From positions 42,658,001 to 42,722,000 of the forward strand of contig NC_087245.1 in NCBI RefSeq assembly GCF_037042905.1: a DNA stretch of 64,000 bases. Reading direction: 5' to 3'. Under the pieces are notes generated by a model. That model searched no databases and had not been told where the DNA came from. It saw nothing but the letters and a program-made list of their open reading frames with translations. This document shows positions 51,301-59,784 of the stretch, in pieces. Position 1 is the first letter of the stretch, and the number at the start of each line of letters is the position of its first letter. Source of the DNA: Lytechinus pictus. Lineage: Eukaryota. Both the position numbers and the translations under genes were made by a program.

Positions 51301-52885
51301 ATTCCAGGAAGCCTATTGATTTTGAGGTCAAAAGGTCAAGATCAGTGACATGTTTTCATCTTGCCCTTCTGAAGTCCTGGTTAACGCGATAACTTAAGTT
51401 GAACTTAACCTAGGCTCATATAATTTGGTGTGTATGGTACTAGCATAGATTCCAGCAATTCTATTGATTTTGAGGTCTGAAGGTCAAAGGTGAAGTCTCC
51501 ACCTTCCACTTTTCTTGCTTGACCAATAACTCCATTTTCCATGTTTCAGGCGGGCGTATTATGTGCTCGCCTTAGTGACGCTCTTGTTTAAGTTATGAAT
51601 TTGTAATGGCATATGATGCAAGCAGCCCAATTTTAATGTCATATGAATTCTCATTCTTTAATGGCTTGTAATGACTGAAAATATATTTTCTAACAGAAGC
51701 ATGTATAAAATAGTGTATCTGCCGGTGAATGCACAGATCTATAGAATAATTTCACATTTTCTGAGAAAATGGCATTTTGTGGAATTAAAAAAAATCTATT
51801 CTTCTCTTATTCTTTGAAGAATTTCACCTATCCATGATTTTTGTGTTTCTATCATTATTCTTCTTTTATTAAAACTAGTTTTATGTGAGGGAGAACTTCC
51901 TCATTAATCTGTGTAATGAAATATGACCCCCCCCCCCCCCCCCGATGTTTCTCATAATAATTAATCCTGTGGAAGCAATTCATGGCATTTTGATTTGAAA
52001 TATTCAGCATGTTTTTAAGACAAAATTAATGATGCCTTGCCATCGGTCCCAAAGCTTTTCACTGTGTTGTATCTACACATGAGATATTCTCAATGGTGGG
52101 ATTTCTTGTAAAGTTAAATTATGTTTCCTGACAAAATTTGTACATACATATGGTTATTTATCGTTATTTACTGATTAAATCGATTATATCTATGCCTTCA
52201 GTTGTGCAGATATGTTTCAAATTACAATTTCTCTTTGATTTTTTTGTAACCCCTGCAGGCAAAAACTCTTTATTATGTTCAGAAGAGGCATCGTGCAATA
52301 AAGATGAGTGAAGAGAAGATAAATAGACGTCGTTCGGAACCGCCCCACGCAGCTACCGATGCCAAATCCACCCCTCCAAAAAGTGATGTCTTCCATAGTG
52401 ATGTAACTACAGCACTGAACCGGTCTGCAGAGCCTAGTGTTGGGAGGAAGAATCCATTTCTCAGAGGTGATTTGTCTTGTGATGGAAGTGCTACAGATGA
52501 TCGCCTAGTGTATCTCCCCTCCCAGGAAATGGAACATCCCAGGACCATCCTGAGAACAAGTCATAGCTGGAATGGTCCACTAGAGGCTGGCAGGGATGCA
52601 ACCAATGATGAAAATGAACAAAATGATCTATCCTTCCATACTCCACCCCCTGTACCAGGAATAGATTCTTCCACTCCTGTACACTCATCCAGTGAGAGTT
52701 GGGATGTGCCATTGGACCAAAGGGGGAAAGGGTTACGCGGAGGGGGTGATGTTGATGATATGTATTTGACTTTTGGTTCCTGCAGCCTTTCTGAACCCAT
52801 TTATGCAAATGAAGTCTGTTCTTTAGTTGAGGACCAACCAATTTTTATCAAACCGAAGTGGGTTTGCCAAGAACAGAAATTTTGA
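2477..52885 (+). CDS. KIF13B: Kinesin-3 family motor KIF13A/B-like (Khc-73-like); spliced gene span, 5' exons outside the window
   Basis: Frame-consistent exon chain with AG/GT(GC) borders. Motifs: [46 protein letters not shown] ([18 protein letters not shown]), [27 protein letters not shown]. Family call is confident; the A vs B paralogue label is not meaningful for an invertebrate. Confidence 0.92.
2598..3068 (+). repeat. (CAT)n/(CAC)n microsatellite
   Basis: Trinucleotide run with an internal duplication of about 195 bp. Confidence 0.95.
3265..3376 (+). CDS. KIF13B: KIF13 exon, motor ([37 protein letters not shown])
   Basis: ttgcag acceptor, AAG|gtaaaa donor, phase matches previous exon, K-loop and PYRDS motif. 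Confidence 0.95.
3889..4041 (+). CDS. KIF13B: KIF13 exon, motor C-terminus ([51 protein letters not shown])
   Basis: tgtag acceptor, AAG|gtaatt donor, 153 nt. Confidence 0.95.
4519..4578 (+). CDS. KIF13B: KIF13 exon, neck coil ([20 protein letters not shown])
   Basis: tatag acceptor, GAG|gtaaga donor, 60 nt. Confidence 0.93.
4674..5365 (+). repeat. Three tandem units of about 220-240 bp (flank plus family A head)
   Basis: gttaaca(g/a)ttgggattatattgggatac recurs at 4674, 4893 and 5127. Confidence 0.9.
5277..6278 (+). mobile_element. Helentron/DINE-1-like non-autonomous element, family A
   Basis: Sub-terminal IR GTCTCACCTGC / GCAGGTGAGAC, (GGC)n microsatellite, internal tandem units with AGGTCAAAGGTCA, T-rich insertion site. 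Confidence 0.75.
7283..7393 (+). CDS. KIF13B: KIF13 exon, CC1 ([37 protein letters not shown])
   Basis: ttaag acceptor, AAA|gtaaga donor, kinesin-3 WEEKL motif. Confidence 0.92.
7530..7972 (+). repeat. (GAT)n/(GGT)n microsatellite
   Basis: Visible trinucleotide run. Confidence 0.95.
8025..8159 (+). CDS. KIF13B: KIF13 exon ([12 protein letters not shown]...[19 protein letters not shown]), GC donor
   Basis: ttaag acceptor, AAG|gcaagt non-canonical donor, LVNLNADP motif. Confidence 0.92.
8655..8838 (-). mobile_element. tRNA-derived SINE of a second family (Deu-domain-like core)
   Basis: Reverse complement: GGATAGCTCAGTTGGTAGAGC...GGTTCAATTCC then ccctcggagaggaccgtaagccgtc. Confidence 0.7.
9277..9416 (+). 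CDS. KIF13B: KIF13 exon, FHA domain part 1 ([28 protein letters not shown]...)
   Basis: ttatag acceptor, AA|gtaagt donor. Confidence 0.93.
10580..11392 (+). mobile_element. Helentron/DINE-1-like element, family A
   Basis: Same structure; near-identical to copies at 11453 and 22819. Confidence 0.8.
11453..12416 (+). mobile_element. Helentron/DINE-1-like element, family A (one more core unit)
   Basis: Same structure, about 60 bp from the previous copy. Confidence 0.8.
12531..12646 (+). CDS. KIF13B: KIF13 exon, FHA domain part 2 ([33 protein letters not shown])
   Basis: cctcag acceptor, G|gtaagg donor, phase consistent. Confidence 0.93.
12996..13037 (+). ncRNA. Minimal type I hammerhead ribozyme motif
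   Basis: TCTC-CTGAGGA-C-GACAAG aattca CTTGTC-GAAA-C-GTC-GAGA: stem I TCTC/GAGA, 6-bp stem II, palindromic ACGT stem III, GUC cleavage triplet. Confidence 0.7.
12996..13139 (+). mobile_element. Penelope-like retroelement terminal fragment inserted in a SINE
   Basis: 15-bp direct repeat TACACCATTACTCTT at 12981-12995 and 13140-13154; carries a hammerhead core. Confidence 0.7.
13319..13423 (+). CDS. KIF13B: KIF13 exon ([34 protein letters not shown])
   Basis: cttag acceptor, G|gtatgt donor, phase 1-1. Confidence 0.88.
14424..14697 (+). CDS. KIF13B: KIF13 exon, coiled coil ([32 protein letters not shown]...)
   Basis: atcag acceptor, AG|gttggt donor, lies in ORF 14384-14752. Confidence 0.88.
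15236..15398 (+). CDS. KIF13B: KIF13 exon ([32 protein letters not shown]...[14 protein letters not shown])
   Basis: tatag acceptor, AAG|gtagct donor. Confidence 0.92.
16123..16269 (+). CDS. KIF13B: KIF13 exon ([38 protein letters not shown]...)
   Basis: gtcag acceptor, AAG|gtaaga donor. Confidence 0.92.
17002..17049 (+). CDS. Candidate 48-nt cassette exon ([16 protein letters not shown])
   Basis: actaat branch-like motif, aaaag acceptor, CAG|gtatac donor, phase 0-0, open. Confidence 0.55.
17178..17780. mobile_element. MITE, TTAA TSD, AG..CT termini (Kolobok-like)
   Basis: TTAA|agggatggtccaggctg ... cagcccggcccatccct|TTAA with long imperfect TIRs. Confidence 0.8.
18303..18354. repeat. (TA)n microsatellite inside the piggyBac 3' region
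   Basis: About 25 TA units. Confidence 0.95.
18790..21129 (-). CDS. piggyBac transposase (PGBD4-like, DDE_Tnp_1_7 type), 779 aa
   Basis: Uninterrupted ORF; catalytic motifs [23 protein letters not shown]; acidic N-terminus; C-terminal Cys-rich domain (CRVC...CKTC...C..C..CWEVWH). Confidence 0.96.
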   Translation of the reverse strand: MASQFKMATHSGEANQKDFDETFDDRSDNFSEGSVSEGEDDFLMDIGSSDEESDAEIDNFFPQVSVGCSPNRSSPIQKKRRRDTDFQPNLSDSAAQMQADGDDSGDNSSDDECNEQVISACTRRSSVRLSRIDIPSTSAASQPSPGRSNVSNSSVSDSSDEEYRPPSPHPNYQNISDSDNSTDSEDAPGRGQPAQRGRQQARGRGRGRGQGGQNRKAAPTRWDKVRAHIPNIYQFTPVPGIPGNIKDSMPDNPTPVDFFELYITDNIVEHIVDETNKFAVQLIQAETASGTLKDKSRLRRWQPTNRKEMKKFLGTLFLTGLVKKGKYSEYWSKEFLSSTPGFSSIMSRDRFMLLKRCLHFNDNLAPGYDPAAADRDRLYKIRPFIDAINERCQLVFTPTRELSVDESLVLFRGRLIFKQSIRTKRARAGIKIYPLCTSDGITMSLRVHTGSDRDIIYQDPNYVFLKSEQITLNLVEPYFGSGYHVYTDNYYTSPQLATYLETKQTYLCGTVKANRQRMPTQQLNDENLERGQIVHFLDENKKLLGVKYREAQDRSSGKPKIVHMLSTIHDCTTVDTGRKTRRDPPQRIIKPKCVSEYNHHMGGVDRTDQVLGLQSLCPMRKTLKWYQKLAIRLLLQMQYNSYRLFLKEQGNNKYSFRWFVLQVVKSWTGEHQLQEVQPRLGQQAPRCNSEEGVRLNNKLHLPASVPSTGKKGTTQRNCRVCQARGHRTSTAYICKTCKDHPSLKTKPGICIKVCEKCQHSPDKNCWEVWHTQYDITKNV
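21578..21631 (+). CDS. Candidate 54-nt cassette exon ([18 protein letters not shown])
   Basis: ggctag acceptor, AAG|gtttga donor, phase 0-0, open. Confidence 0.4.
22819..23580 (+). mobile_element. Helentron/DINE-1-like element, family A, 3'-truncated
   Basis: Head and core units present; breaks off at aaaggtcatg. Confidence 0.8.
24622..24900 (-). mobile_element. Degenerate Penelope-like 3' remnant with hammerhead-like fold
   Basis: Reverse complement of 24622-24660 reads GCCT-CGTACGA-A-GATTC tgcta GGATC-GAAA-GCTT-AGGC; extent of the remnant is approximate. Confidence 0.4.
25742..26552. mobile_element. Non-autonomous hAT element
   Basis: TIR TAGGGCTGTTAT / ATAACAGCCCTA; 8-bp TSD CTTAATAT on both sides. 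Confidence 0.88.
26639..26698 (+). CDS. Candidate 60-nt cassette exon ([20 protein letters not shown])
   Basis: gaaaag acceptor, GAG|gtgacc donor, phase 0-0, open. Confidence 0.5.
27473..27701. mobile_element. MITE (GGGGGTGTTTCA TIR); sister copy at about 48788-49002
   Basis: Imperfect TIRs of about 35 bp; second copy in the window. Confidence 0.72.
28392..28520 (+). CDS. KIF13B: KIF13 exon ([43 protein letters not shown])
   Basis: aatag acceptor, GAG|gtatgg donor, conserved KIF1/KIF13 stalk motif. Confidence 0.93.
29181..29345 (+). repeat. (GAT)n microsatellite
   Basis: Visible trinucleotide run. Confidence 0.92.
29417..29584 (+). CDS. KIF13B: KIF13 exon ([25 protein letters not shown]...LTCR)
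   Basis: taacag acceptor, AGG|gtaagt donor. Confidence 0.92.
29956..30090. repeat. Foldback element of about 135 bp
   Basis: GAGTAAGTATAGCGGGAATTATTCCTC / GAGGAATAATTCCCGCTTTACTTACTC. Confidence 0.75.
30600..30782 (+). CDS. KIF13B: KIF13 exon ([24 protein letters not shown]...FNHTK)
   Basis: ccacag acceptor, AAG|gtactt donor, FVFCQY motif. Confidence 0.92.
31473..31780. mobile_element. PIF/Harbinger-type MITE
   Basis: TIR GGCCCGTATTCTGAAGTC, TAA TSD on both sides. Confidence 0.85.
31836..31996 (+). CDS. KIF13B: KIF13 exon ([27 protein letters not shown]...SLADR)
   Basis: ttgcag acceptor, CG|gtatga donor (phase 2). Confidence 0.92.
33376..34765. mobile_element. Non-autonomous DNA element with CAGG..CCTG termini and GCGAGCGCGAAGCGC-like internal motifs
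   Basis: caggagcggatcca ... tggatctgcacctg flanked by ATAAA on both sides; related short copy near 4252-4439. Confidence 0.6.
37433..37565 (+). CDS. KIF13B: KIF13 exon ([27 protein letters not shown]...GGIFQIRQ)
   Basis: tgtag acceptor, CAG|gtaaga donor. Confidence 0.93.
37592..37999 (+). mobile_element. 5'-truncated L2/CR1-group LINE 3' end
   Basis: [16 protein letters not shown]...LRS...[13 protein letters not shown]...FKLRLKT RT C-terminal pattern with internal stop; (TTA)n tail. Confidence 0.85.
38546..38789 (+). CDS. KIF13B: KIF13 exon ([20 protein letters not shown]...[19 protein letters not shown]...)
   Basis: atcag acceptor, G|gtaaga donor. Confidence 0.93.
39455..39637 (+). CDS. 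KIF13B: KIF13 exon ([40 protein letters not shown]...HIPVLFLD)
   Basis: cacag acceptor, A|gtgagt donor. Confidence 0.93.
39701..40049 (+). mobile_element. tRNA-derived SINE, full length
   Basis: A-box TGGTGTAGTGG, B-box-like GTTCGTCTCC, gcgctatataaat..(TTA)n tail; close match to copy at 41838. Confidence 0.88.
40197..40321 (+). CDS. KIF13B: KIF13 exon ([24 protein letters not shown]...YYEKD)
   Basis: tttag acceptor, GAT|gtaagt donor. Confidence 0.9.
40843..41058 (+). CDS. KIF13B: KIF13 exon, DUF3694-type tail region ([32 protein letters not shown]...)
   Basis: attag acceptor, GGG|gtaggt donor, WDSSLH motif. Confidence 0.93.
41353..41406 (+). CDS. KIF13B: KIF13 exon ([18 protein letters not shown])
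   Basis: tttcag acceptor, AAG|gtaaat donor, 54 nt. Confidence 0.92.
41838..42191 (+). mobile_element. tRNA-derived SINE, full length
   Basis: Same family as 39701; (TTA)n tail. Confidence 0.88.
42436..42669 (+). CDS. KIF13B: KIF13 exon ([16 protein letters not shown]...[25 protein letters not shown]...SVPNIP)
   Basis: aacag acceptor, CCT|gtaagt donor. Confidence 0.92.
42696..43367 (+). mobile_element. Helentron/DINE-1-like element, family B
   Basis: tttttatacg(t/c)ccgtcctagacggg head, (GTCC)n, tandem core units, 3' stem-loop then cttgtt. Confidence 0.75.
45686..45748 (+). CDS. KIF13B: KIF13 exon ([21 protein letters not shown])
   Basis: tgcag acceptor after a pyrimidine tract, AGG|gtaggc donor, 63 nt phase 0-0. 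Confidence 0.75.
46361..46522. mobile_element. Small foldback MITE (GGGGCCCGTTGCA TIR); related copy near 60430-60570
   Basis: ggggcccgttgca ... tgcaacgggcccc with internal inverted symmetry. Confidence 0.7.
47676..48113 (+). CDS. KIF13B: KIF13 exon, Ser/Pro-rich tail ([16 protein letters not shown]...APKME)
   Basis: aatag acceptor, GC-rich open frame, GAA|gtaaga donor; an alternative donor G|gtaagc follows 48051. Confidence 0.8.
50840..51588 (+). mobile_element. Helentron/DINE-1-like element, family B
   Basis: TACGCCCG / CGGGCGTA sub-terminal IR; same core as 42696. Confidence 0.78.
52259..52885 (+). CDS. KIF13B: Probable terminal coding exon of KIF13 ([20 protein letters not shown]...WVCQEQKF*)
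   Basis: Strong ccctgcag acceptor in phase 0 with ORF 52304-52885; no recognisable domain. Confidence 0.62.
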   Translation, partial: AKTLYYVQKRHRAIKMSEEKINRRRSEPPHAATDAKSTPPKSDVFHSDVTTALNRSAEPSVGRKNPFLRGDLSCDGSATDDRLVYLPSQEMEHPRTILRTSHSWNGPLEAGRDATNDENEQNDLSFHTPPPVPGIDSSTPVHSSSESWDVPLDQRGKGLRGGGDVDDMYLTFGSCSLSEPIYANEVCSLVEDQPIFIKPKWVCQEQKF

Positions 52886-55300
52886 CGACGTCATTGGAAC
52901 TTACATACATGTATCTTAAGAAGTTAGTAGTGTTCTATACATTGCTTTTGAAGTCATTGCAGTGTATAATTTTCATTTTGCCAAAGGGATTTATAAATGT
53001 CTGGTTGTAACATTCTCTTTGCTGTCAGATTACATTTTACTTTTATTATTAATTGTATATTGTTGTGTTACCTAAACTGATCTTGGCATCAGAAATGGTT
53101 CCTTACTGTTGACTATCAAATGCTAACACGATATGTTATTTGATTACAATTTTTTTTTCATGTGATCTTGGTGTCCTCCCCTTTCTTATTCTTCATCTCT
53201 CCCTCTTCTCATTTTCCCTCTCCTTCTGCTTCTCTTACATTTCTTTCTCTCTCTTCTTATCCTCCTCATTTCCATTTTTCATTCTGTTCATCCTCTCTTG
53301 TTTTTTCCTTCTTTTCTTCTGTTTTCCGGTTTGCCTTGTAGCCTCATTTTGATAATTGTAAAAAGGAAGATTTTCAGTCTTTTGTAATATTTATTTTGTC
53401 CAATTTTAAGACCTTGCAAATCTACTTTATTCTTTAAGCTGTTCTTATAATTTTCTTTCCATGTTAATTTCTATTAAATTCATGAAACTGTCCCCAACAT
53501 TTATACTCTGTTACATTGTCAAACATCATGCACTGAGACAATCATGGTTTTAAATTCTTTTTATGTTACTTTTTCTTTCCACTAATGATCATTAATTTTG
53601 TTTTATAGCATTTTAAAATATCCCGTATCCTTTCATATTTTTGGTGGAATCCTTGAAATAGGAATGTGACTAATTGTCTGTCTTGCCCTCTTCATAGGAT
53701 AACAAATGGATTTTGACAAATCTCTTACTGTTTCAATCAGTTTTATAGTCACAAATGTCTAGATGCATTCTATAGATCTTGTTGATTACAATACTGCTAA
53801 ATGTTAATGACAGATGTTTTATTGGCCAGTCAAAATGCATGGTTTCAGTAGCCTATGAGAATTAGCTTTGTCAAACAGGACCATGTATTTCAATGGTTAC
53901 CTCAACATGGCTCATGCAACAAATTTTCATGCAAGCAATTGATTGAATTAGGTAGAAAAGCTCTAATTTTGATATACATGTTACATATATATGGCAAGCG
54001 ATGGTATCTCTTTACTTGTACTGCTGCTCTATGATTGTACTATTACAGAATTTAATTTAACGCTCCCAAACTGTCGACTTGATTTTGCCTGAATACACTA
54101 TCAGCACAATTTGATATCTCTTGATATCTTTATAATAGTTCTTATTCTCTAAAAAAAAAAAATGTTTTGTTCCAATTTCATGACGTATTCACTCTTTAAA
54201 GGAGGCTTGATGTACTTACACAAAAAATTATACAGTAATGAGATTATTTAATGTTGCATAAGTATTGTGCCATAATATGGAATATAACTCTTGGAAATGA
54301 ACTGGTAAATTAGATGAAGTGAAATGCAATCTTGTTCTAGATCATAAAGCAAAAGTTTGTCAATGAACACACTCCAGAGACACTAGCAGTAGTTCAAGGG
54401 AAGCAAATGCTGACCCCCCCCCTTTTTAATGAAGATTTTACCCCCCCCCCCATTGAATATTCTTTATTTATTTGCCTTTGCTGATTTGCATTGTTAACCC
54501 AATCCGGTAGACTTACAGTAGAGTCCGCATATAACCTCGGTCGCAATCTGCCGTGCATATTGAGGCTATGGCCTCCATGTTTTTCTGAAAAAGGTGAGGA
54601 GAGAGTGGCAAGAGTAGGGAAGGAGGAGGCCTACGTATGTCACTTGCACGGCTGTGAGCGGTTGCATGCATTGTACTTTGCATTTGGTAAGTGAGTTGTA
54701 CCTGCTTACAATGTTCAATCAACTTGCGATTGCCATGTTATCCTTCGGAAGTACATGCTTCTCACGTACGGTGTCCTAGCTCACTCGCAAGTTGTAAGTG
54801 CATCCAAGTGCAATGAACATTGGCAGTAGAGGGTGTGCGTGTCATCCACACTTACTGCACTTTAGTGAAAGTTCCTCATACAGTAAAAGTGCTATGTCGT
54901 GTCTGCGTGTTCCCAAATTTGTATAGAGGCGGTACTCGCCATGTACGAATCCCAAAATTTTTCTCACATTTTTGCAAATAGACGGCACGCACGTGCAAGT
55001 ACGGCCGGTTGGGACCAAGCCTTAAGTCGACCTTCCAAAATTCCAATAATCACCAAAGTCTAAGCATTTTCCAAACCAGAATATGCAAACCTGTCATATA
55101 CATGTACATTGCCTGACTTGAATTTTTCAAAAGTTGTGCAGATTTTGTAGTCCAAAGAGATATAACTTCCGTGGATTCTACCCTAATTGAATGATAAAAT
55201 CAATCATAATTTGCAAAAGACAATTTGAATATCCACCCAAATCTGACAATCATTCTATTGAAAGTATAATCAAATATATCTGTAATCAGGCATACTTTAA

Positions 55301-56075
55301 CCCTACATGTAACTAGGCCGGGCTTTTTTGGCTGTTCTGTGGCCGGGGGGGGGGGGGGTTGATTCAACCCCCCCCTGAGATCTCGGCCGCCGATCGCGCG
55401 AGCGCCGCAAAAATTTGCACGCTGGTAGTGTGCGATGTAATCTACAAGGCTGTATGGTAAAATTTTCCAAAATAATGAGATTTTATTTTATATGAATTAA
55501 TTATGCTAATTTATGCATAAATCATACTTTTTGCTCTAATTCACTAAATAAAGCTCCTAGAATGCTAATTTTTGGTAAAAATATTCCTTGTAGCATTCTT
55601 AACAATGGCAATTGAAAAAAACTTCGGTTTGGAAATCAATTTCTTATGTATTTTATTGTTTTATGAATTTCTTATGTATTTCTTTGTTTTTCAACCTTTT
55701 GTTTTTCTTTGTTTTTTTCACCAGATTTATTGCACAACCTTTTTGAAGCATAATTATGCTAAAATCAATTGCTTTCAGCTGTTTGAAGTAAAAATAATCA
55801 TATCTTTATGAATAAGATAAGAAAACTCAATTTGCATTGACTTTGTACACAAAATCACGTTTTGGAACAATTTTTCGTCTGACATGCACTTACAAAATGT
55901 TGCGTAATTTCGGAACTGCGTACCCGGGCGTCGTAAATTTGGTCTCAAAAGATGCGCAAGACTTAAAAGTATAAACTCTGCGAGTGGCGCGGTCAAAAAA
56001 ATTCGCGCGGCGGAATGATCGCAGAAAATGTTGAGGGGGGGTTGATTCAACCCCCCCCCCCTGGCCATTTTAGGG
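55301..56075. mobile_element. Non-autonomous piggyBac-type MITE
   Basis: TTAA|CCCT ... AGGG|TTAA; GGGGGTTGATTCAACCCCC palindrome near both ends. Confidence 0.85.
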
Positions 56076-57643
56076 TTAATGAATGTGCAAGTTGATCATT
56101 TAAGATTTCCAATAGCATTCCAGCATTTTCTTTATTTGACTTTGGGGGTGGTGCCTATTAAAAAAAAATCAAATTCTATTATATAATGTAAAATTTCACA
56201 TATTTATCTATAAAATTTTAACAGAATTAGTATTAATGTGTACTGCCTATTTTCCCAATATGTCTTCTGTGCATGATGCCATTGTTTATTTCCCCCTATC
56301 CATATAGTAAATCCTGCACTCTATTATGTCTGAAATTGTAGCCATGCTGCCAGCAAAATCATAGATCACTTTGTATCCTTTTTGATGTATCCTTTTATAT
56401 CACAAATTCTCACTTGACATATTCAGTAAGACTATACAAACTATTTGCATGAAAAATGGAACATGATTTGTAAATAATTGAAGAAAATTGACTTGGCTTA
56501 ATAACTGCTTTGAAATCATGCAAATTAGGTGCAATTAGTAAACTAACTTAAATCATTTGGAGGCTGGCATAAACAAATAGCAATGTAAAGAATGAAATTG
56601 AATATATTTATGACTCTTTTTAGTAAAAGATTGGTTATTGTCATTGTTGCAAAAGAAACCAAATATCTTTATGCTGTTTGTGACCCTTATAAGTGCAATT
56701 ATTGGTGTATGGTGTTAACATGGTGACTAGCCAGTTTAATATGCCGTTGTGTAAATTTTGTAAGTGTCCATCTATCGAAAAGTGTTGTATATTTTGTTGG
56801 TTAAGACGAGTCGATATATACATGTCAAAGCACTTCTGAATTTTGTTTTCTTGATGATATATTTTTGTTTGCCTTTGTTGATTTCCTAAGATATAACTTA
56901 GAATTTAATGAGTTATTTTTGCATAACACTGAAATCAGGGTTCAACATGGGGTTTAAATTCCACATGTGATTTGCTCCTTGTAATGTTTTATCAGTAAAA
57001 TTATTTCATTTCCATTTTCCATATTACTTTTTTTCGCGTACAAATTTTATAATTCAATTAGCTGTACTGAAATCAGGCTTTCCACATTAGGCGCTAAACT
57101 CCACAAGTCATGTAGTTTGCTCAATTTTATCCATATGTTTCCAATTCTTTGATCCTTACAACTTCTTTTTTAGTTTATCTTGTAATGTGATCAGTCTTTC
57201 TCATATTCCCTTCACTGTTTAATGTCAAGTCCAAAAAAATGAACATAATGTGTTATTATGAATAACAGGTATAGGCTCAAAATACTGCAATGTTTTCTGA
57301 AAACAGTGTAATTCATTCACTCCACTTCAATTTATTAATTTGACGGGGTAGGGGGAAACCCTCTCAATTTTTGCTACACACATCCTTCATTGTTTTGGGG
57401 GTTTAGCTTTAATACAAAGACATGAAGTTTCAAGTGTTAATTTTGAGTGGATGAGTGCCATACATCAAACATAACTTTGATTATTTGTTGCAATGGTTGG
57501 TTTTTTTCCTTGTTGAAAAAGAATTAGAGTATTTCAATGTTTATATTGGTTTTTTTTTTTTTTTTTTTTGGGGGGGGGTCTCATTGCTCATTGCATAAAA
57601 TATGGTTATAATAACAAAGGCATAATTTCAATATACAAAATTT

Positions 57644-58355
57644 CTATCAGCCGGGGTATTTTGGGAGTTCATATGGCCGTCGACCGCGCGGTCGTGTGGA
57701 AAATTGGCACGCGGGTTGCCTGGGACATAATCTACTAAATTGTATAGTAATTTATTTCATGCGAATCGCTATAAAGTGATTATGCTAATTTATGGGTAAT
57801 TAGTATGCGAAATCATACTTTTTCCTCTAACTCCCTAAATAAAGCTCCAAATGTTCTAATACTTGGTATAGAAACTCTTTGTGGTGTTCTTAGCAAGTGT
57901 ACATGAAAAAAAATTGCAATATCAAATCATTTTCTTATGTATTATATTGTTTTTTGCAATTTCTTATGTATTTCCTTGTTTTTTGGACCTTTTTTTTTCA
58001 TTGTTTTTTCAATGGAATTTGTTGGGGATTCTTCTGAGATCATAAAAAACATAAAATAAATACATTTAGACCAGCAAAACTAAAAATAATCATACATTTA
58101 TGAATTTTAGTTGAAAAACACAATTTGCATTGACTTTTTACACAAACCACGTTTTTGAGCAATTTTTGGTCTGTCATGCACTTACATAATGTTGCGTAAT
58201 TTCGGAACCACGGACCCGGGTGACGCAAAATTGGTCTCAAAAGTTGCGCAAGACTTGAAAGTAAATAGTCAGCGAGCGGCGCGGTCAGAAAAATATCGCG
58301 CAATTTCTTTGAGGGGGGCCTCGGAGGCCCCCCCCCCCCCCCGGCCTAGATAGGG
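57644..58355. mobile_element. piggyBac-type MITE related to 55301, left end eroded
   Basis: Ends TAGGG|TTAA; internal similarity to 55301-56075. Confidence 0.75.
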
Positions 58356-59784
58356 TTAAACTGTTATTGCATATTATTGTTTAAAAAGTTTGATGAAAAA
58401 GGGCCCCGATGCCCATAAACTTATGCCCATCAATTGCCCTCCTGTATATGAGTCCGTAATCATTTAAATCTTGTTTTTATGTCGTGCCATTGCTTTTAAA
58501 GTGGTGGGGTGCTATGCACAGCAATTGCTATCTCTAATGAATCATCATTAGCAAATTTTCGCTCAGCGACATACGGCATATAGCAAGCCCTTTTAGCATT
58601 TATTCCTAGTTCTTAAAGGAAACCAAAACCCAAGAAGAGAAGCAATCTTATTGGAAAAAAGTGAAATGTTTCATCAAAATCGGTTGTGAAATAAGCAAGT
58701 TATGGACTTTTAAAAGGTCTTGTTGTACTTTCTATGGGATCCTCAAATTGGTAAACATGCTTCAAAATGGCTGATTTTGTGGACAACTCTCCGATTGTTC
58801 TGTACACAATTTTTCAGATTTTCCGCATTATCTTTCAAATTACATACATGTATTGCCTCATTCTGAGCATAATATATGTCATGGAAAATTACTTGGTGAT
58901 TTTATGTGTCTACTTTCTTCTTTTCATGGATTTTTTGCCATTTTCAAAACTGATTTCTTTGCCAGCTGATTATTTTTGTTGCCTTCTATGTAAAATTAAG
59001 CTGTGGATTTCTGCAATCTTAGAAATATGTATGTGCATGAACAGTGCTTACACAAAGCCGATAGGCTTTTAATTGTGAATTATGTTCCATCCATTAATAT
59101 TGAACATAAACGATTTATGTTTTGACCAAAATAAAACGGCATATCATGCCTTTAGCAAGCTTCAGCAATCTTCCATATGCGAATCTTACTTTGCCAGTTT
59201 GTTATCTGTGTAAAGTTATGTACTTACCTATATGTATTCAATATTTGTTGCATTAAGTATAGAAAACCACATTCTTATTTCAATTATTGATCATTACATT
59301 TGGTAATTTCATTAGGCCATGACGTTTTGAATTTAAATGGGCTTTTATTCCCATTTAAACTTGGTCAGTATCATATTATTTCTGATAAAGATTTAAATTT
59401 CATGAACATTCTCTGTGTTTCTGTCACAATTCCTAACATGTCATACCTATTTGTTTTGTTTTTATCAAAGATTTATTTGCATAGTACTGGAATAAGCTTT
59501 AAATGATTATTGATGTCAGCATAGAGTTGTGTCATAATGGCACGAGTCTACTGCCAAGATGTATTGTGTGTGGTAATTAGTTATGTACACGGTTGTACAT
59601 GCTAATGAATCGAATTGAATCTGAATATTTAATGTCGTGTTGATGAAATGCTTTTGTAAATATTGCTACATAGAAGAGATTTTTTTATTACATTTGGGGT
59701 AAAAGAAATCTGAATATGATTGAATGTCTTATTATTTGTACCATTTGAATTTTTGTAATATGTGAGATTAGCGAGATTGGATAA

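Noticed and set aside
54511..54686. Possible further KIF13 exon (ggtag acceptor, TTG|gtaagt donor)
   Set aside because: Phase 0 gives TYSRVRI* at once; the long open frame needs a phase-2 donor that I did not find and has no recognisable domain. A short alternative last exon cannot be excluded.
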